A stretch of DNA of 64,000 bases from Promethearchaeia archaeon (GTDB lineage Archaea; Asgardarchaeota; Lokiarchaeia; Sigyniarchaeales; SOKP01): assembly GCA_029856145.1 (NCBI GenBank), contig JAHQWK010000023.1, positions 32,001-96,000 on the forward strand, written 5' to 3'. The position numbers were made by a program, and so were the translations under genes. The notes beneath the pieces are model-generated. The model was not told where the DNA came from and ran no database searches. It worked only from the letters and a program-made list of their open reading frames with translations. Of the stretch, positions 1 through 10,237 are shown piece after piece (within the stretch, counting starts at the first letter, position 1; the number at the start of each line of letters is the position of its first letter).

Positions 1-761
1 TGACCATCAACATCAGGACCTTCAACACAAGCAAAATGGATTTCACCGTCTTTTGCCGGGAATCTACACCCCCCACACATTCCTGTACCGTCTATCATTA
101 TAGTATTTAAAGATACAAATGTTTTTACCTTTGGTAAACCTTCAATACCACTTGTTAGTTCTGCAACGTTTTTCATCATTATCATGGGACCGATTGTTAT
201 TACTAAGCTAATTTTATCTTTATTAATTATCTCTCTTAGAGGTTTAGTAACAAATCCTTCTACGCCTTCACTTCCATCATTGGTACAAATAATTACTCTT
301 TCACTAACCTCAGCCATTTTTTCTCTCCAAAATACAAGATCTTTAGTTCGAGCCCCTAATATTGAGATGATTCTATTACCCGCTTGCTTTAATTCTTTTG
401 CTTGAGGATAACAAGGAGCAATTCCCACACCACCACCAATTATAATTATTGGATGTTCATATTTCTCTACGTGTATCTTATTTCCTAAAGGTCCGACTAC
501 ATCTAAAATTTCATCACCTTCATCTTGATGAGAAAGTAATAATGTAGATTTTCCTACAACTTGAATCACAAGTGTAATAATACCTTTTTCTCTATCATAA
601 TCAGCGATGGTAAGAGGTATTCTTTCTCCCCTTTCGTTAATTCTAATTAAGACAAAATTCCCTGCAAATGCTTTTTTTGCTATAAGTGGAGCATATATAT
701 CCATCTCATATAATGTACCACTATTTCCAAGTTGAATTTTTTTCAAAATCTTATAAGGCAA
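1..761 (-). CDS. NfnA/SudB-type ferredoxin-NADP+ reductase small subunit (FAD/NAD-binding, 2Fe-2S); runs off the window edge
   Basis: Not in the ORF track. Manual translation from TTG 761 gives ERIPLTIAD, VVGPLG, GGGVGIAP, DGTGMCGGCR and CVEGP motifs. Confidence 0.9.
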   Translation of the reverse strand, partial: MPYKILKKIQLGNSGTLYEMDIYAPLIAKKAFAGNFVLIRINERGERIPLTIADYDREKGIITLVIQVVGKSTLLLSHQDEGDEILDVVGPLGNKIHVEKYEHPIIIIGGGVGIAPCYPQAKELKQAGNRIISILGARTKDLVFWREKMAEVSERVIICTNDGSEGVEGFVTKPLREIINKDKISLVITIGPMIMMKNVAELTSGIEGLPKVKTFVSLNTIMIDGTGMCGGCRFPAKDGEIHFACVEGPDVDG

Positions 762-1115
762 TATTAACCATCTTAATTTTGATTATAAATCACAGATTAA
801 TTTTAAATAAAAACTCATTTTCTAATTGAAGGTATAATTTAATCTAAAAAAATATTTTCTTATATACAATAGTAACGGGAATTCATTCCCTCATTTCGCT
901 TGCAATTTGAGTATAGAAAATAAATGAAAGTGATGTAATGTTCTAAGTCCATTTAATAAAAAACTCTAATTAGAAAAAAACTAATTGACTAATTGATAAA
1001 ATTAATTTTCTAAAAAGCTTTTTAAATATTAAGAATAAATTATTTCCAATTTATTAAATATAATTTAATATAGTTTTAGCAACAATTCTCATAATCTCTT
1101 TAATATTTAGTAATT

Positions 1116-2675
1116 ATGGACATTATAGTTGTATTAGATTTTGGTGGACAATACACACATTTAATTAATCGCCGAATACGAGATTTGGGAGTATATTCTG
1201 AAATTTTACCTTATGATGTAGATATTGAAAAATTGAAAAAAAAAAATCCTAAAGCTATTATACTATCTGGTGGTCCAGGAAGTGTTTATGAAAAAAATAG
1301 CCCACAATTAAAGAATGAGTTTTTTGAATTTACTACCAGAAATAAAATTCCAGTTCTAGGGATTTGTTATGGGCATCATTTAATTATGCATCTATTAGGA
1401 GGTAAAATTGAACCTAAAGAAGCTAAAGAATATGGAAGGACTAATCTCATAATTATCGAGCCAGATTTAATATTTGATTCATTAGGAAAAGAAGAAATAG
1501 TGTGGATGTCTCACGGAGACCAGATCACCGAGATTGTTAAAGGATTTAAAGCATATGCTAAAACTGAAACTTGTCCTGTAGCTGCTTATGGGAATCAAGA
1601 AAAGCTATTATATGGGTTTCAATTCCATCCAGAAGTCTCAAATACTCCAAACGGAAATAAAATATTGGAGAATTTCCTATATAAAATTGCTAGTTGTAAA
1701 AAAGAATGGAAATTGGAAGGATGGATTGATAGAACAGTTGAAGAGATAAGAAAAGAAATTGGTCCTAATAATAGGGTTATTTTGGGATTAAGTGGCGGGG
1801 TTGATTCTTCTGTTACTGCTGTTCTTCTTCAAAAAGCAATAGGTGATCGATTGCATTGCATATTTGTCAATAATGGTGTGTTAAGAAAGAATGAAGAAAA
1901 GGAAGTTCAGGAAACGTTTAAAAAGAAATTAAAATTTAAAAATTTTCATTATGTTGATGCAGAAGATCTTTTTCTAAAAAGGCTTGCAGAGGTTGAAGAT
2001 CCTGAAGAAAAACGTCGCATAATTGGGCACACATTTATAGGAGTTTTTGAGAATAAAACTATTGAATTAGAAAAAGCTCATCCAGATATCAAGTATCTCG
2101 CACAAGGTACTATTTATCCTGATCGTGTTGAAACAAGTGCTACAAGTAAAGTTTCAGCCAAAATTAAATCTCACCATAACCTTACCCTCCCAGATGATAT
2201 GAAATTAAAGATAATAGAGCCCTTAAGGGATTTATATAAAGATGAAGTTAGGAAGATTGGTTTAAAATTAGGGTTACCAGAATATATTATAAATCGTCAT
2301 CCATTTCCTGGACCTGGATTAGCAGTAAGAATAGTAGGTCCAATTGATAAAGATAAATTAATGATTTTAAGAAGTGCAGATGAAATTTTAATAGAAGAGA
2401 TTAGAAACGCAGGAATTTATGACCAAATCTGGCAAGCTTTTTGTGTGTTTCTTCCTTTGAAGACTGTTGGAATAATGGGTGATTATCGTACCTATGAATA
2501 CATTTGTTCTATAAGAATAGTTGAATCAACTGATGCGATGACAGCTAATTTTACGAAACTAGATTGGGATCTCCTTGAAAGAATAGGAACTAGAATTGCT
2601 AATGAAGTTAAAGGAATAAATCGTGTTGTGTACGATATTTCAAATAAACCACCCAGTACGATAGAATATGAGTAA
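1116..2675 (+). CDS. guaA: GMP synthase (fused GATase + ATPPase)
   Basis: LDFGGQY, GICYG, QFHPE, SGGVDS, KSHHN, RHPFPGPGL, KPPSTIEYE. Confidence 0.97.
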   Translation: MDIIVVLDFGGQYTHLINRRIRDLGVYSEILPYDVDIEKLKKKNPKAIILSGGPGSVYEKNSPQLKNEFFEFTTRNKIPVLGICYGHHLIMHLLGGKIEPKEAKEYGRTNLIIIEPDLIFDSLGKEEIVWMSHGDQITEIVKGFKAYAKTETCPVAAYGNQEKLLYGFQFHPEVSNTPNGNKILENFLYKIASCKKEWKLEGWIDRTVEEIRKEIGPNNRVILGLSGGVDSSVTAVLLQKAIGDRLHCIFVNNGVLRKNEEKEVQETFKKKLKFKNFHYVDAEDLFLKRLAEVEDPEEKRRIIGHTFIGVFENKTIELEKAHPDIKYLAQGTIYPDRVETSATSKVSAKIKSHHNLTLPDDMKLKIIEPLRDLYKDEVRKIGLKLGLPEYIINRHPFPGPGLAVRIVGPIDKDKLMILRSADEILIEEIRNAGIYDQIWQAFCVFLPLKTVGIMGDYRTYEYICSIRIVESTDAMTANFTKLDWDLLERIGTRIANEVKGINRVVYDISNKPPSTIEYE

Positions 2676-2778
2676 ATCATATAATATTGATAATATCTAG
2701 TTTTAAATTTTTTCTAATAGATTTTAATTGGTATGTAAATTAGATCCTATAAAATCATATTTTTATAAATTGATTATA

Positions 2779-4569
2779 ATGACACAAGAAGAAATTGCGT
2801 GGGATTTAACAGAAATATATTCTGGTTATGATGACCCTAAAATCACTGAAAATATGAATAGACTTTCGAAAGAAGCTATTGATTTCATAAAGGATTATAA
2901 AGGGAAAATCAATACCCCTGATTTCACATCTCAAAAATTATTAGAATTATTCCAAAAACAAGAAAAATTTATGGCTAATATTGATGAAATAGAACTTTAT
3001 TCAAATAGATTATATAGTGGGAATATGACTATTCCTGAAAGTGAAACGTTGAAAAATCGAGTTGAAGATTTTACAACCAAGATTGCTAAAGATTTAGCAT
3101 TTCTAGAGTTAGAAGTTGCTAAATATGTATACAAAAATGGTAAGATAATAGATGATCCAATTCTCTCTAATTACAAACACAGATTAGAAAAAATTAAAAG
3201 AGCATATCCTCATTATTTATCGGAAGTGGAAGAGCAATTAATCCTTGAAAAAGATCAATATGGAGTTAGAGCTTGGAGTAATCTACAGTCAAAATGGCTA
3301 AATACAAGAAAAATAGTAGTAAATGTTGAGGGCGAAGAAAAAGAATTATCATATGGAGAAGTTAATGCTTTACTTAGACACCCAGATAGAACAACACGAA
3401 TATCAGCGAATAAATCTATATATGGTTTATTAGGCAAAGAAGAATATGTATTTTCCTCAGCTCTACGAAGTGTTTGTGGAGATTGGCTTAATAATTCAAA
3501 AAGACGGAAATATGACAGCCCAATGCATGATAGTCTTATTGTAAACGATACAACTCAGGAGATTATTGATAATTTAATGAAAGCAATTGAAGAAGGTGTA
3601 GGAGTATATCGTAAATATTTAAATCTCAAGACGAAAATTTTAGGTTTTCCAAAATTAAACTGTGCTGATGTTCGTGCTCCGCTTCCGATTGCTCAACATA
3701 AAAACTATTCATGGGACAAAGCGAAAGAACTTGTAATTCAGGCTTATGAAAAATTTGATCATGGATTTGTAAATTATGTAGAAGATATGTTCAACCGAAA
3801 TCATATCGATGCAAGTCCTAGAAGGGGTAAGAGAAATGGAGCAAATTGTGCCTCATGGTTTAAGGGTACGTCTGCTTTTATTCTTATGACGTATACCGGC
3901 GAAATAAATGAAATTTTTACTCTTATTCATGAACTTGGACATGCTATCCATGATTATTTAGCCATTCAAAAACAAACTTACATTAACATTCATCCTGGTT
4001 ACACAGTTGCAGAAACCGCATCTACTTTTGGGGAATTACTCTTAACAGATCTCCTTCTTGAAACTGCAGAATCAAAAGAAGAAAAGATGGCAATATTGGG
4101 AAATATACTAGATGATGCGGGACAAGCTGCTTTTCAAGTGAGTGCAAGAGTTTGGTTTGAACAAGACTTATATAAAGCTATTGATAAAGGCGAGAATTTA
4201 GATGGAAAAACGATTTCAAAATATTGGTGTGCGGGAAGAGATAAAATATATGGAGACTCTGTAGAATGGTTTGAAGAGATGGACTGGGAATGGACCATGA
4301 AACCACATTATTATATTCCAAATTTTCGATTCTATAATTATCCCTATGTTTATGCCCAATTATTCGTTTATGCTTTATATCAAACCTATAAAAAAGAGGG
4401 CAAAGAATTTGTTCCAAAATTCAAGAAACTTCTCGCTGCAGGAGGGAGTGTTTCGCCTGAGGAGCTTGGTAAAATTGTGGGATTAGATATCACCAAAAAA
4501 GATTTCTGGAAATTAGGAATAAAGCAATATGAAGATTTCGTAAACCAATTGGAAAAACTTATGAAATAG
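2779..4569 (+). CDS. Oligoendopeptidase F (M3B)
   Basis: HELGH zinc motif, AETASTFGE, FYNYPY; ATG 2779 (MTQEEIAWDL) preferred over the upstream TTG. Confidence 0.92.
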   Translation: MTQEEIAWDLTEIYSGYDDPKITENMNRLSKEAIDFIKDYKGKINTPDFTSQKLLELFQKQEKFMANIDEIELYSNRLYSGNMTIPESETLKNRVEDFTTKIAKDLAFLELEVAKYVYKNGKIIDDPILSNYKHRLEKIKRAYPHYLSEVEEQLILEKDQYGVRAWSNLQSKWLNTRKIVVNVEGEEKELSYGEVNALLRHPDRTTRISANKSIYGLLGKEEYVFSSALRSVCGDWLNNSKRRKYDSPMHDSLIVNDTTQEIIDNLMKAIEEGVGVYRKYLNLKTKILGFPKLNCADVRAPLPIAQHKNYSWDKAKELVIQAYEKFDHGFVNYVEDMFNRNHIDASPRRGKRNGANCASWFKGTSAFILMTYTGEINEIFTLIHELGHAIHDYLAIQKQTYINIHPGYTVAETASTFGELLLTDLLLETAESKEEKMAILGNILDDAGQAAFQVSARVWFEQDLYKAIDKGENLDGKTISKYWCAGRDKIYGDSVEWFEEMDWEWTMKPHYYIPNFRFYNYPYVYAQLFVYALYQTYKKEGKEFVPKFKKLLAAGGSVSPEELGKIVGLDITKKDFWKLGIKQYEDFVNQLEKLMK

Positions 4570-4688
4570 TACATTCTGCTAATAAAAAAAAATTATTTTT
4601 TTTATAAATTTCTTTCCTTCCTTTTAAAAAACTTTATTTTGAATTTTCTTTACAATTTTGCAGCAGAAGATTTAGTATTGTGAAGTGG

Positions 4689-4731
4689 AGCTCTTGCCAT
4701 GGATTTTTTTTTACTTCCCATGGCAAGAGTT
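4689..4731. other. Strong inverted repeat/hairpin between convergent genes
   Basis: ctcttgccatgg (4691-4702) and ccatggcaagag (4718-4729) form a perfect 12-bp stem; function unknown. Confidence 0.6.
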
Positions 4732-4951
4732 GTGAACAAATGGCTAATTGCTTGCTCTGTCCTGTAAGGGGTGGATGAAGGAAGCTTGGAGGTAATAAAT
4801 TAATAAACAAATTTATCTAAGGTGTAGAGTTTGAACTTTTCTTTATGGAATCATACTTATACTTTTATCAGCACAATTGAATGTCAATCCATCCACCCAA
4901 GTTCTGAATTTTATATCATTACCAGACTTTTTTTAAACACCTCCTTATTGT

Positions 4952-5263
4952 TTATTCATAGAGTATAACATAACCTTTTATTTCCATATTTTTTTGACGC
5001 TTAAATCTTTTAGAAGTTTCGCAATTCCAATCATAATAAATAGGTTCTTCATCATCAACAACAATCATTTCTAAGATTTCTTTTGTGTATAATTCAAAAG
5101 ATTCATAATTTATTATATCGGGATTACAATTCCATTTATGATCTTTTTTACTGGCACTAAATATCATACCAAAATGAATGGAATTACAGCAGCTAATTTT
5201 TCTTCCATAAGAAAATTCTTCTCCACATTCCTCGCATTTTATCATCAATTTTTTACCTCCCAT
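4952..5263 (-). CDS. Small hypothetical protein with N-terminal CxxC and two WNC motifs
   Basis: KCEECGEEF..CC; GGAGGT at 5260-5255 suggests a true start at 5248 or 5245. Confidence 0.7.
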   Translation of the reverse strand: MGGKKLMIKCEECGEEFSYGRKISCCNSIHFGMIFSASKKDHKWNCNPDIINYESFELYTKEILEMIVVDDEEPIYYDWNCETSKRFKRQKNMEIKGYVILYE

Positions 5264-5274
5264 TTTATTTTGCT

Positions 5275-5529
5275 TTATAGGGCTTCGTACTTTCTTGGCT
5301 TTTTATCATAGTGGATTATTAGTTTCTCCGGCATTTTTTCTTTAATTCTTTTTATTATTTTTGAAAGTCCATTAGGGCTACTATACCCCATAGCCACTGA
5401 CCACTCTGCTGCTGAAGAAATTCCAATTTCTTTTAACTTTTCTAAACATATTTGCTCATATGTTCTTGGAATATTTTCAATCATCTTTAACTTCTCTTGA
5501 AATCGAGTTCTAAATTGTTTTAAGGTCAT
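5275..5529 (-). CDS. Small winged-HTH-like protein
   Basis: 84 aa; SAAEWSVAMGYSSPNGLSKII resembles a helix-turn-helix; palindrome just upstream. Confidence 0.65.
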   Translation of the reverse strand: MTLKQFRTRFQEKLKMIENIPRTYEQICLEKLKEIGISSAAEWSVAMGYSSPNGLSKIIKRIKEKMPEKLIIHYDKKPRKYEAL

Positions 5530-5555
5530 TTTTTTTTCAATAAATTATATTATCT

Positions 5556-5573
5556 GTGGGAAAGATTTCCCAC
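5556..5573. promoter_or_regulatory. Palindromic operator candidate GTGGGAAA-GA-TTTCCCAC
   Basis: Perfect 8-bp arms lying between a minus-strand TTTATAAA TATA-like box (~5611-5604) and the HTH gene start. Confidence 0.6.
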
Positions 5574-5851
5574 TATTCTTTTATGATTAAATAACTATAC
5601 ATATTTATAAACTTATCGATCAAAATCTAAACATTTTTGTAAATTATGAAATTGAATACTGAATAATCATATAGGTATTGGTTCAAATTTATGAAAATTA
5701 TTACAATAAATTGTTATTTTTGGTTTTCAAGAATAAACATTATTATAAAACACAGTTAAATAACTAAACAAATTCATAAATCTCTTAAAATAACTAAATA
5801 ATGTATTTAAGAAAGATCAAAAAAAGATTTGTTTTCGAGAAATAATACATA

Positions 5852-6349
5852 TTACTTTTTTTTTCCTTCCTTTTCTAATAATTCTATAAATGAACTACTT
5901 TCTTTAATAATATTTAAGACGATATGAGTGTTAGTACGCTCGACATAAGGAGAAGTATGAATTTCCTTTATCATTTTACTTAGATCTTCTCGATTATTAA
6001 ATCTCGTGAGAATTAAAGCATCGTATTCTCCAGTAATATCGTAAACTGCAAAGACATTTGGATTTTTTGCAATACTACGTTCAACTTCTAGCATTTTTCC
6101 TTTTGAAATCGTTAATTCGATAACAGCAATAATATCGTATCCCAGTTTTTCATAATCGATATTCACAGCATAATTTTTAATAATACCTTTATTTTCTAAC
6201 TCTTCTACATGCCTTTTAATCGTTACAGGTGATTTATTATCCAAATCTTTCGCTATTTGGCGAAGTGAGATTCGACTATCTTCACTTAATTTCTTTAGAA
6301 TTTTAATATCTATTTTAGAAAATTCTTTAAAACTTGAATTCACAGTCAT
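5852..6349 (-). CDS. Lrp/AsnC family transcriptional regulator
   Basis: IDIKILKKLSEDSRISLRQIA HTH; YDITGEYD RAM domain; divergent from glnA. Confidence 0.93.
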   Translation of the reverse strand: MTVNSSFKEFSKIDIKILKKLSEDSRISLRQIAKDLDNKSPVTIKRHVEELENKGIIKNYAVNIDYEKLGYDIIAVIELTISKGKMLEVERSIAKNPNVFAVYDITGEYDALILTRFNNREDLSKMIKEIHTSPYVERTNTHIVLNIIKESSSFIELLEKEGKKK

Positions 6350-6597
6350 AATGCTACATAATTATATAATTATTATAAAAGTATGCAATCGTTCATAAGA
6401 CACATGCAAAAATAATCAGATGATCATTATTTATTGCGACAAAAATCACCAAATTAAATGAACGATCACTCTATTTAATTATTATTGAACATTTATAAAC
6501 TTTTTCCTCTAGGAAGTGATCAAAAAATCAGATTTAAATATAATTATGTACTATCTGATAATATTGAAATTAAAAAAATATTTGAATTTGATTATTT

Positions 6598-7956
6598 ATG
6601 ATTGAAAGAGACAATCCAAAAAGGAAAGATTTATGTGACAGAGTTATTGAAACTGTGAAGGAAAATGATATTAAATTCATATACCTTCAATTTACGGACA
6701 TCCATGGCATTATCAAAAGTTTTGAAATTAATAGTAAACGGATTGAGGATTTCTTCGATATTGGTGAAAGTTTTGATGGAAGTTCTATCACTGGGTATGG
6801 AGCGATCGAAGAATCTGATAAAGTAGCATTACCTGATCCATCTACATTTTATATAATACCATGGAGGAATGATAATCGGAAGGTTGCGAGAGTTTTTTGT
6901 GATATTTATAACCCAGATGGCACGAGGTATAGCGGAGATCCTCGTTTCATTCTTCAAAAAGCTGTCAAAAAGGCTGAACAACATGGATATACTTTTTATT
7001 GTGCCCCCGAAATGGAATTTTTTATTCTTGAAAAGGGTACTAAAGAAGAAGTATTTAATCCCTCTGATATGAGAGGTTATTTTGATTATGATCCCTATGA
7101 TATTAATGAAAGAATGCGGTATACGATAGCAGAATATTGTGATGTAATGGGAATTGAGATTGAGGCGCTCCATCATGAAGTCGCTTTAGGGCAACATGAG
7201 GTTGATTTTCGTTATGATAAAGCAGTTAACTCTGCGGATAATACTAATACAATTAAAATGATAATTAAAACTGTAGCTGCAAAGAATAATATGACTGCTA
7301 CATTTATGCCTAAACCTTTTCATGGTATAAATGGTTCTGGTATGCATGTTCATCAATCATTGTGGAAAAATGGAAATAACGTTTTTTATGATAAAGCAGA
7401 TAAAGATAATATTTCTATTATAATGAAAAAATGGATTGGTGGGCAATTGAAACATGCTCAAGCAATGTGTGCTGTATTAAGCAGTTGGCCAAATTCTTAT
7501 AAGAGATTAGTTCCTGGATATGAAGCTCCTGTGTATATTGCGTGGGGATTTAGAAATCGTTCACCGCTTATCCGAGTTCCTGATTTTCATGGAAAACCTA
7601 ATGCTGCTCGATGTGAGATTCGATGTCCTGATCCCGCAGGAAACCCTTATCTTCAATTTGCGGTCTTATTATCTACAGGTTTAGATGGAGTTCTATCAGA
7701 AAGTACTGAGATACCTGAACACCGAGATGAAAATGTTTATAAACTCACAACAAAAGATATGGAAAAAGCAGGTATAAAAGCACTGCCAGGAAGTCTAAGT
7801 GAAGCATTAAAAGAATTTAGACAATCAGAATTCATGAAAGAAGTATTTGGAGAACAACCATTCAAGAATTTCTATTATGCTAAATTGGAAGAAAATGATA
7901 AGTATAAAGTAATAGTGAATGAGTGGGAGAGGTCAAGGTATATAACTCGTTTATAA
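6598..7956 (+). CDS. glnA: Glutamine synthetase type I
   Basis: FDGSSI, HHEVALGQHE, FMPKPFHGINGSGMHVHQS, RLVPGYEAP, NPYL. Confidence 0.96.
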   Translation: MIERDNPKRKDLCDRVIETVKENDIKFIYLQFTDIHGIIKSFEINSKRIEDFFDIGESFDGSSITGYGAIEESDKVALPDPSTFYIIPWRNDNRKVARVFCDIYNPDGTRYSGDPRFILQKAVKKAEQHGYTFYCAPEMEFFILEKGTKEEVFNPSDMRGYFDYDPYDINERMRYTIAEYCDVMGIEIEALHHEVALGQHEVDFRYDKAVNSADNTNTIKMIIKTVAAKNNMTATFMPKPFHGINGSGMHVHQSLWKNGNNVFYDKADKDNISIIMKKWIGGQLKHAQAMCAVLSSWPNSYKRLVPGYEAPVYIAWGFRNRSPLIRVPDFHGKPNAARCEIRCPDPAGNPYLQFAVLLSTGLDGVLSESTEIPEHRDENVYKLTTKDMEKAGIKALPGSLSEALKEFRQSEFMKEVFGEQPFKNFYYAKLEENDKYKVIVNEWERSRYITRL

Positions 7957-8003
7957 TATTAAATACTGTCAATTCCTTGATGATCTTAACTTTTAACAAT
8001 CGA

Positions 8004-8255
8004 TTAAAATAATTCAGGGTACATCTTTTCAATATTTTCCATAGCTTCAAAAAGTAAATTGTTCAATATAATATTGTCATACACATATGTATGTTCTAGC
8101 ATATAATCTAAAATAGCGTTGGCAATTTCCTTATCTTTTTTAGTAAAGTTTTCTTTTTTAAATTTAAACAGAATGTTGAATTCTTCTTTTATCCATACCA
8201 ACTCTTCTTTCAAACTCTCTTCTAAAATTTCATGATGTCTAACACTAACTTTCAT
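8004..8255 (-). CDS. Hypothetical protein
   Basis: 83-aa ORF preceded by a GAGGT RBS. Confidence 0.7.
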   Translation of the reverse strand: MKVSVRHHEILEESLKEELVWIKEEFNILFKFKKENFTKKDKEIANAILDYMLEHTYVYDNIILNNLLFEAMENIEKMYPELF

Positions 8256-8514
8256 TATAATACCTCAATCCTATAAAAATTATATAATCTTACTTGTTCT
8301 TTATGGTAGATGAAATAACATAATTATAAATATTTTTTATAGACCATTTTTTGTATAGTACCCAAGATATCATACAAAAAGATTTATAAAGTGATTTTTT
8401 TCGAATTAGCCGTTAAAGATTTGTATTATTCAAAATATTTATATAAACTCATAACATTATTGCATTTTAACTAATTATTATATACTAAACGTATATTCTA
8501 AGAGGCGATATTTA

Positions 8515-10098
8515 ATTTCTGATTTAAATGAAAATACAAATGTAAAATCAAATGCAATAAAAGAATGGTATCAAAACTTAAAGGAGAGTCATAGAAATAT
8601 TTTTTTAACATTTTTTATAGCGATCTTAATTCTCCTCATTGGATTAATACTAGGTTTTGCTTTTACGATAGGTATACCAGGTGACATAGCAATCGCAATG
8701 ACAAAAGTCCCCAGTATTTTACAATTATGCATATTACCAGTTTTAGTTGGTGTAGGTTTATCGATTTTATTTGGCAGAGTTTCTTCTAAAGTTAAGGGTA
8801 GATGGTTTGATAAACTAATCCAATTATTTTGTATATTGGCAATTTCAGCGCCTGTATTCTATATTGGGATGGCACTTCAATACAATCTGTGTTATGTGGC
8901 GGGACTCTGTAGTTTTGTAGGAAACTATGTATTACCGCATTCTATTTTACTTATTGTAATTCCTGCACTTATTATTTGGCAAACCCACCCTTATTTCATA
9001 AATAGAACACATAAAAAGTCAGTAATTTCGAATACTCTCATAACTGGAATAAGTTTAGGTTTTGTTTTATTTGTTTATACATTATTAGATATAACATTTG
9101 GTCTAAATGGATTTGGGGATCTTTTAGTAAATTCAATAAATTTCGGTAGTTATACTGGAGTTTTATTTGTTCTAATAATAATTTTCTTTATAGTGACGCT
9201 ATTCTCAAACCTGCTTTTCAGTGGCTCTAGATACATACAAAGTGAATATTTTAAGCGAAAAACTGAGTTTATAGATGAAGTAAATACAGAAAAAGAAAGC
9301 GATGAAATTACTATTAGTACGAAAATAAAGACGTATTTATTGAACAGGCTTAAATCACCCTATTTTTACATTGGTGCGGTTTTAGTGTCTATCATTATTG
9401 TTATTGCGATATCCCCGAATTTGTTAACACCATACTCCTTACAAGAAGCTGTGGGTATTTACCCCGGATCTTGGGACCCTCCATCTCCAGACCACCCCTT
9501 AGGACAAGGAGTATTTGGACGAGATATACTAGCGCTAATAGCGTGGGGGATACAAGATTTAATTCTTTTTGGCATTGGAGCAGTTCTTATAGGTTTGATA
9601 GGGGGAGTAATATTAGGAGTAATATTAGGGTATATTGTTGGGAAATTCAATCGATGGGGATATAACGCTGTTATTGGATCTATGATACTTTTTTATATAC
9701 TTCCAATATTTGTTTATGTTATAGTGTCGATGACTATATTTGGATCTTCAAGTCTTATAACCATGTTAACTATTGGTGTTTTATTAATACCTAGTTTTGC
9801 ACGAGGATTTTTACCCGGTGTATCAAGGAAGAGCAATATAGAAAGAGGTGTTAAATCGCTAATCAGCCAAATTCCATTAAATTTTGCAATTTTTGCTATG
9901 ATCTATACCGCAATAGGATTTTTAGGGTTTTCGGGGTTACCATATCAATTGGGAAATATAATTAGTCAAGCGCGTTCACAAATACTTATAGCACCTTGGG
10001 GTTTCAGTTGGGCTGGAGCTATGATTTCAATAATAATCTTAAGTTTTCTCCTTTTCCATATAGGACTCAAGGATTATAAACCAAAACTAAGAAAATAA
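8515..10098 (+). CDS. Fused OppB/OppC (DppB/DppC)-like ABC peptide permease
   Basis: N-half ISAPVFYIG..FGLNGFGDLL; C-half PPSPDHPLGQGVFGRDIL..APW. Frame is open from ATT 8515 after GAGGCGA and encodes a TM helix before ATG 8698. Confidence 0.75.
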   Translation: MSDLNENTNVKSNAIKEWYQNLKESHRNIFLTFFIAILILLIGLILGFAFTIGIPGDIAIAMTKVPSILQLCILPVLVGVGLSILFGRVSSKVKGRWFDKLIQLFCILAISAPVFYIGMALQYNLCYVAGLCSFVGNYVLPHSILLIVIPALIIWQTHPYFINRTHKKSVISNTLITGISLGFVLFVYTLLDITFGLNGFGDLLVNSINFGSYTGVLFVLIIIFFIVTLFSNLLFSGSRYIQSEYFKRKTEFIDEVNTEKESDEITISTKIKTYLLNRLKSPYFYIGAVLVSIIIVIAISPNLLTPYSLQEAVGIYPGSWDPPSPDHPLGQGVFGRDILALIAWGIQDLILFGIGAVLIGLIGGVILGVILGYIVGKFNRWGYNAVIGSMILFYILPIFVYVIVSMTIFGSSSLITMLTIGVLLIPSFARGFLPGVSRKSNIERGVKSLISQIPLNFAIFAMIYTAIGFLGFSGLPYQLGNIISQARSQILIAPWGFSWAGAMISIIILSFLLFHIGLKDYKPKLRK

Positions 10099-10237
10099 TT
10101 TCAATAATTTTTTTTATTTCTTTTTGTATTAAAAATACCATTATTTTGTAAATATAATTTTATATAAGTTTTTTAAAAAATTGTATATTATTATGTGTTA
10201 TCTCTAAATTTCGAAAAGAATTAGAGGAAAGAATTTT

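Noticed and set aside
184-405. Short ORF-track calls overlapping real genes (e.g. 184-405, 33275-33661, 39439-39738, 41729-42010, 63226-63624)
   Set aside because: Antisense or alternate-frame shadows of well-supported CDSs.
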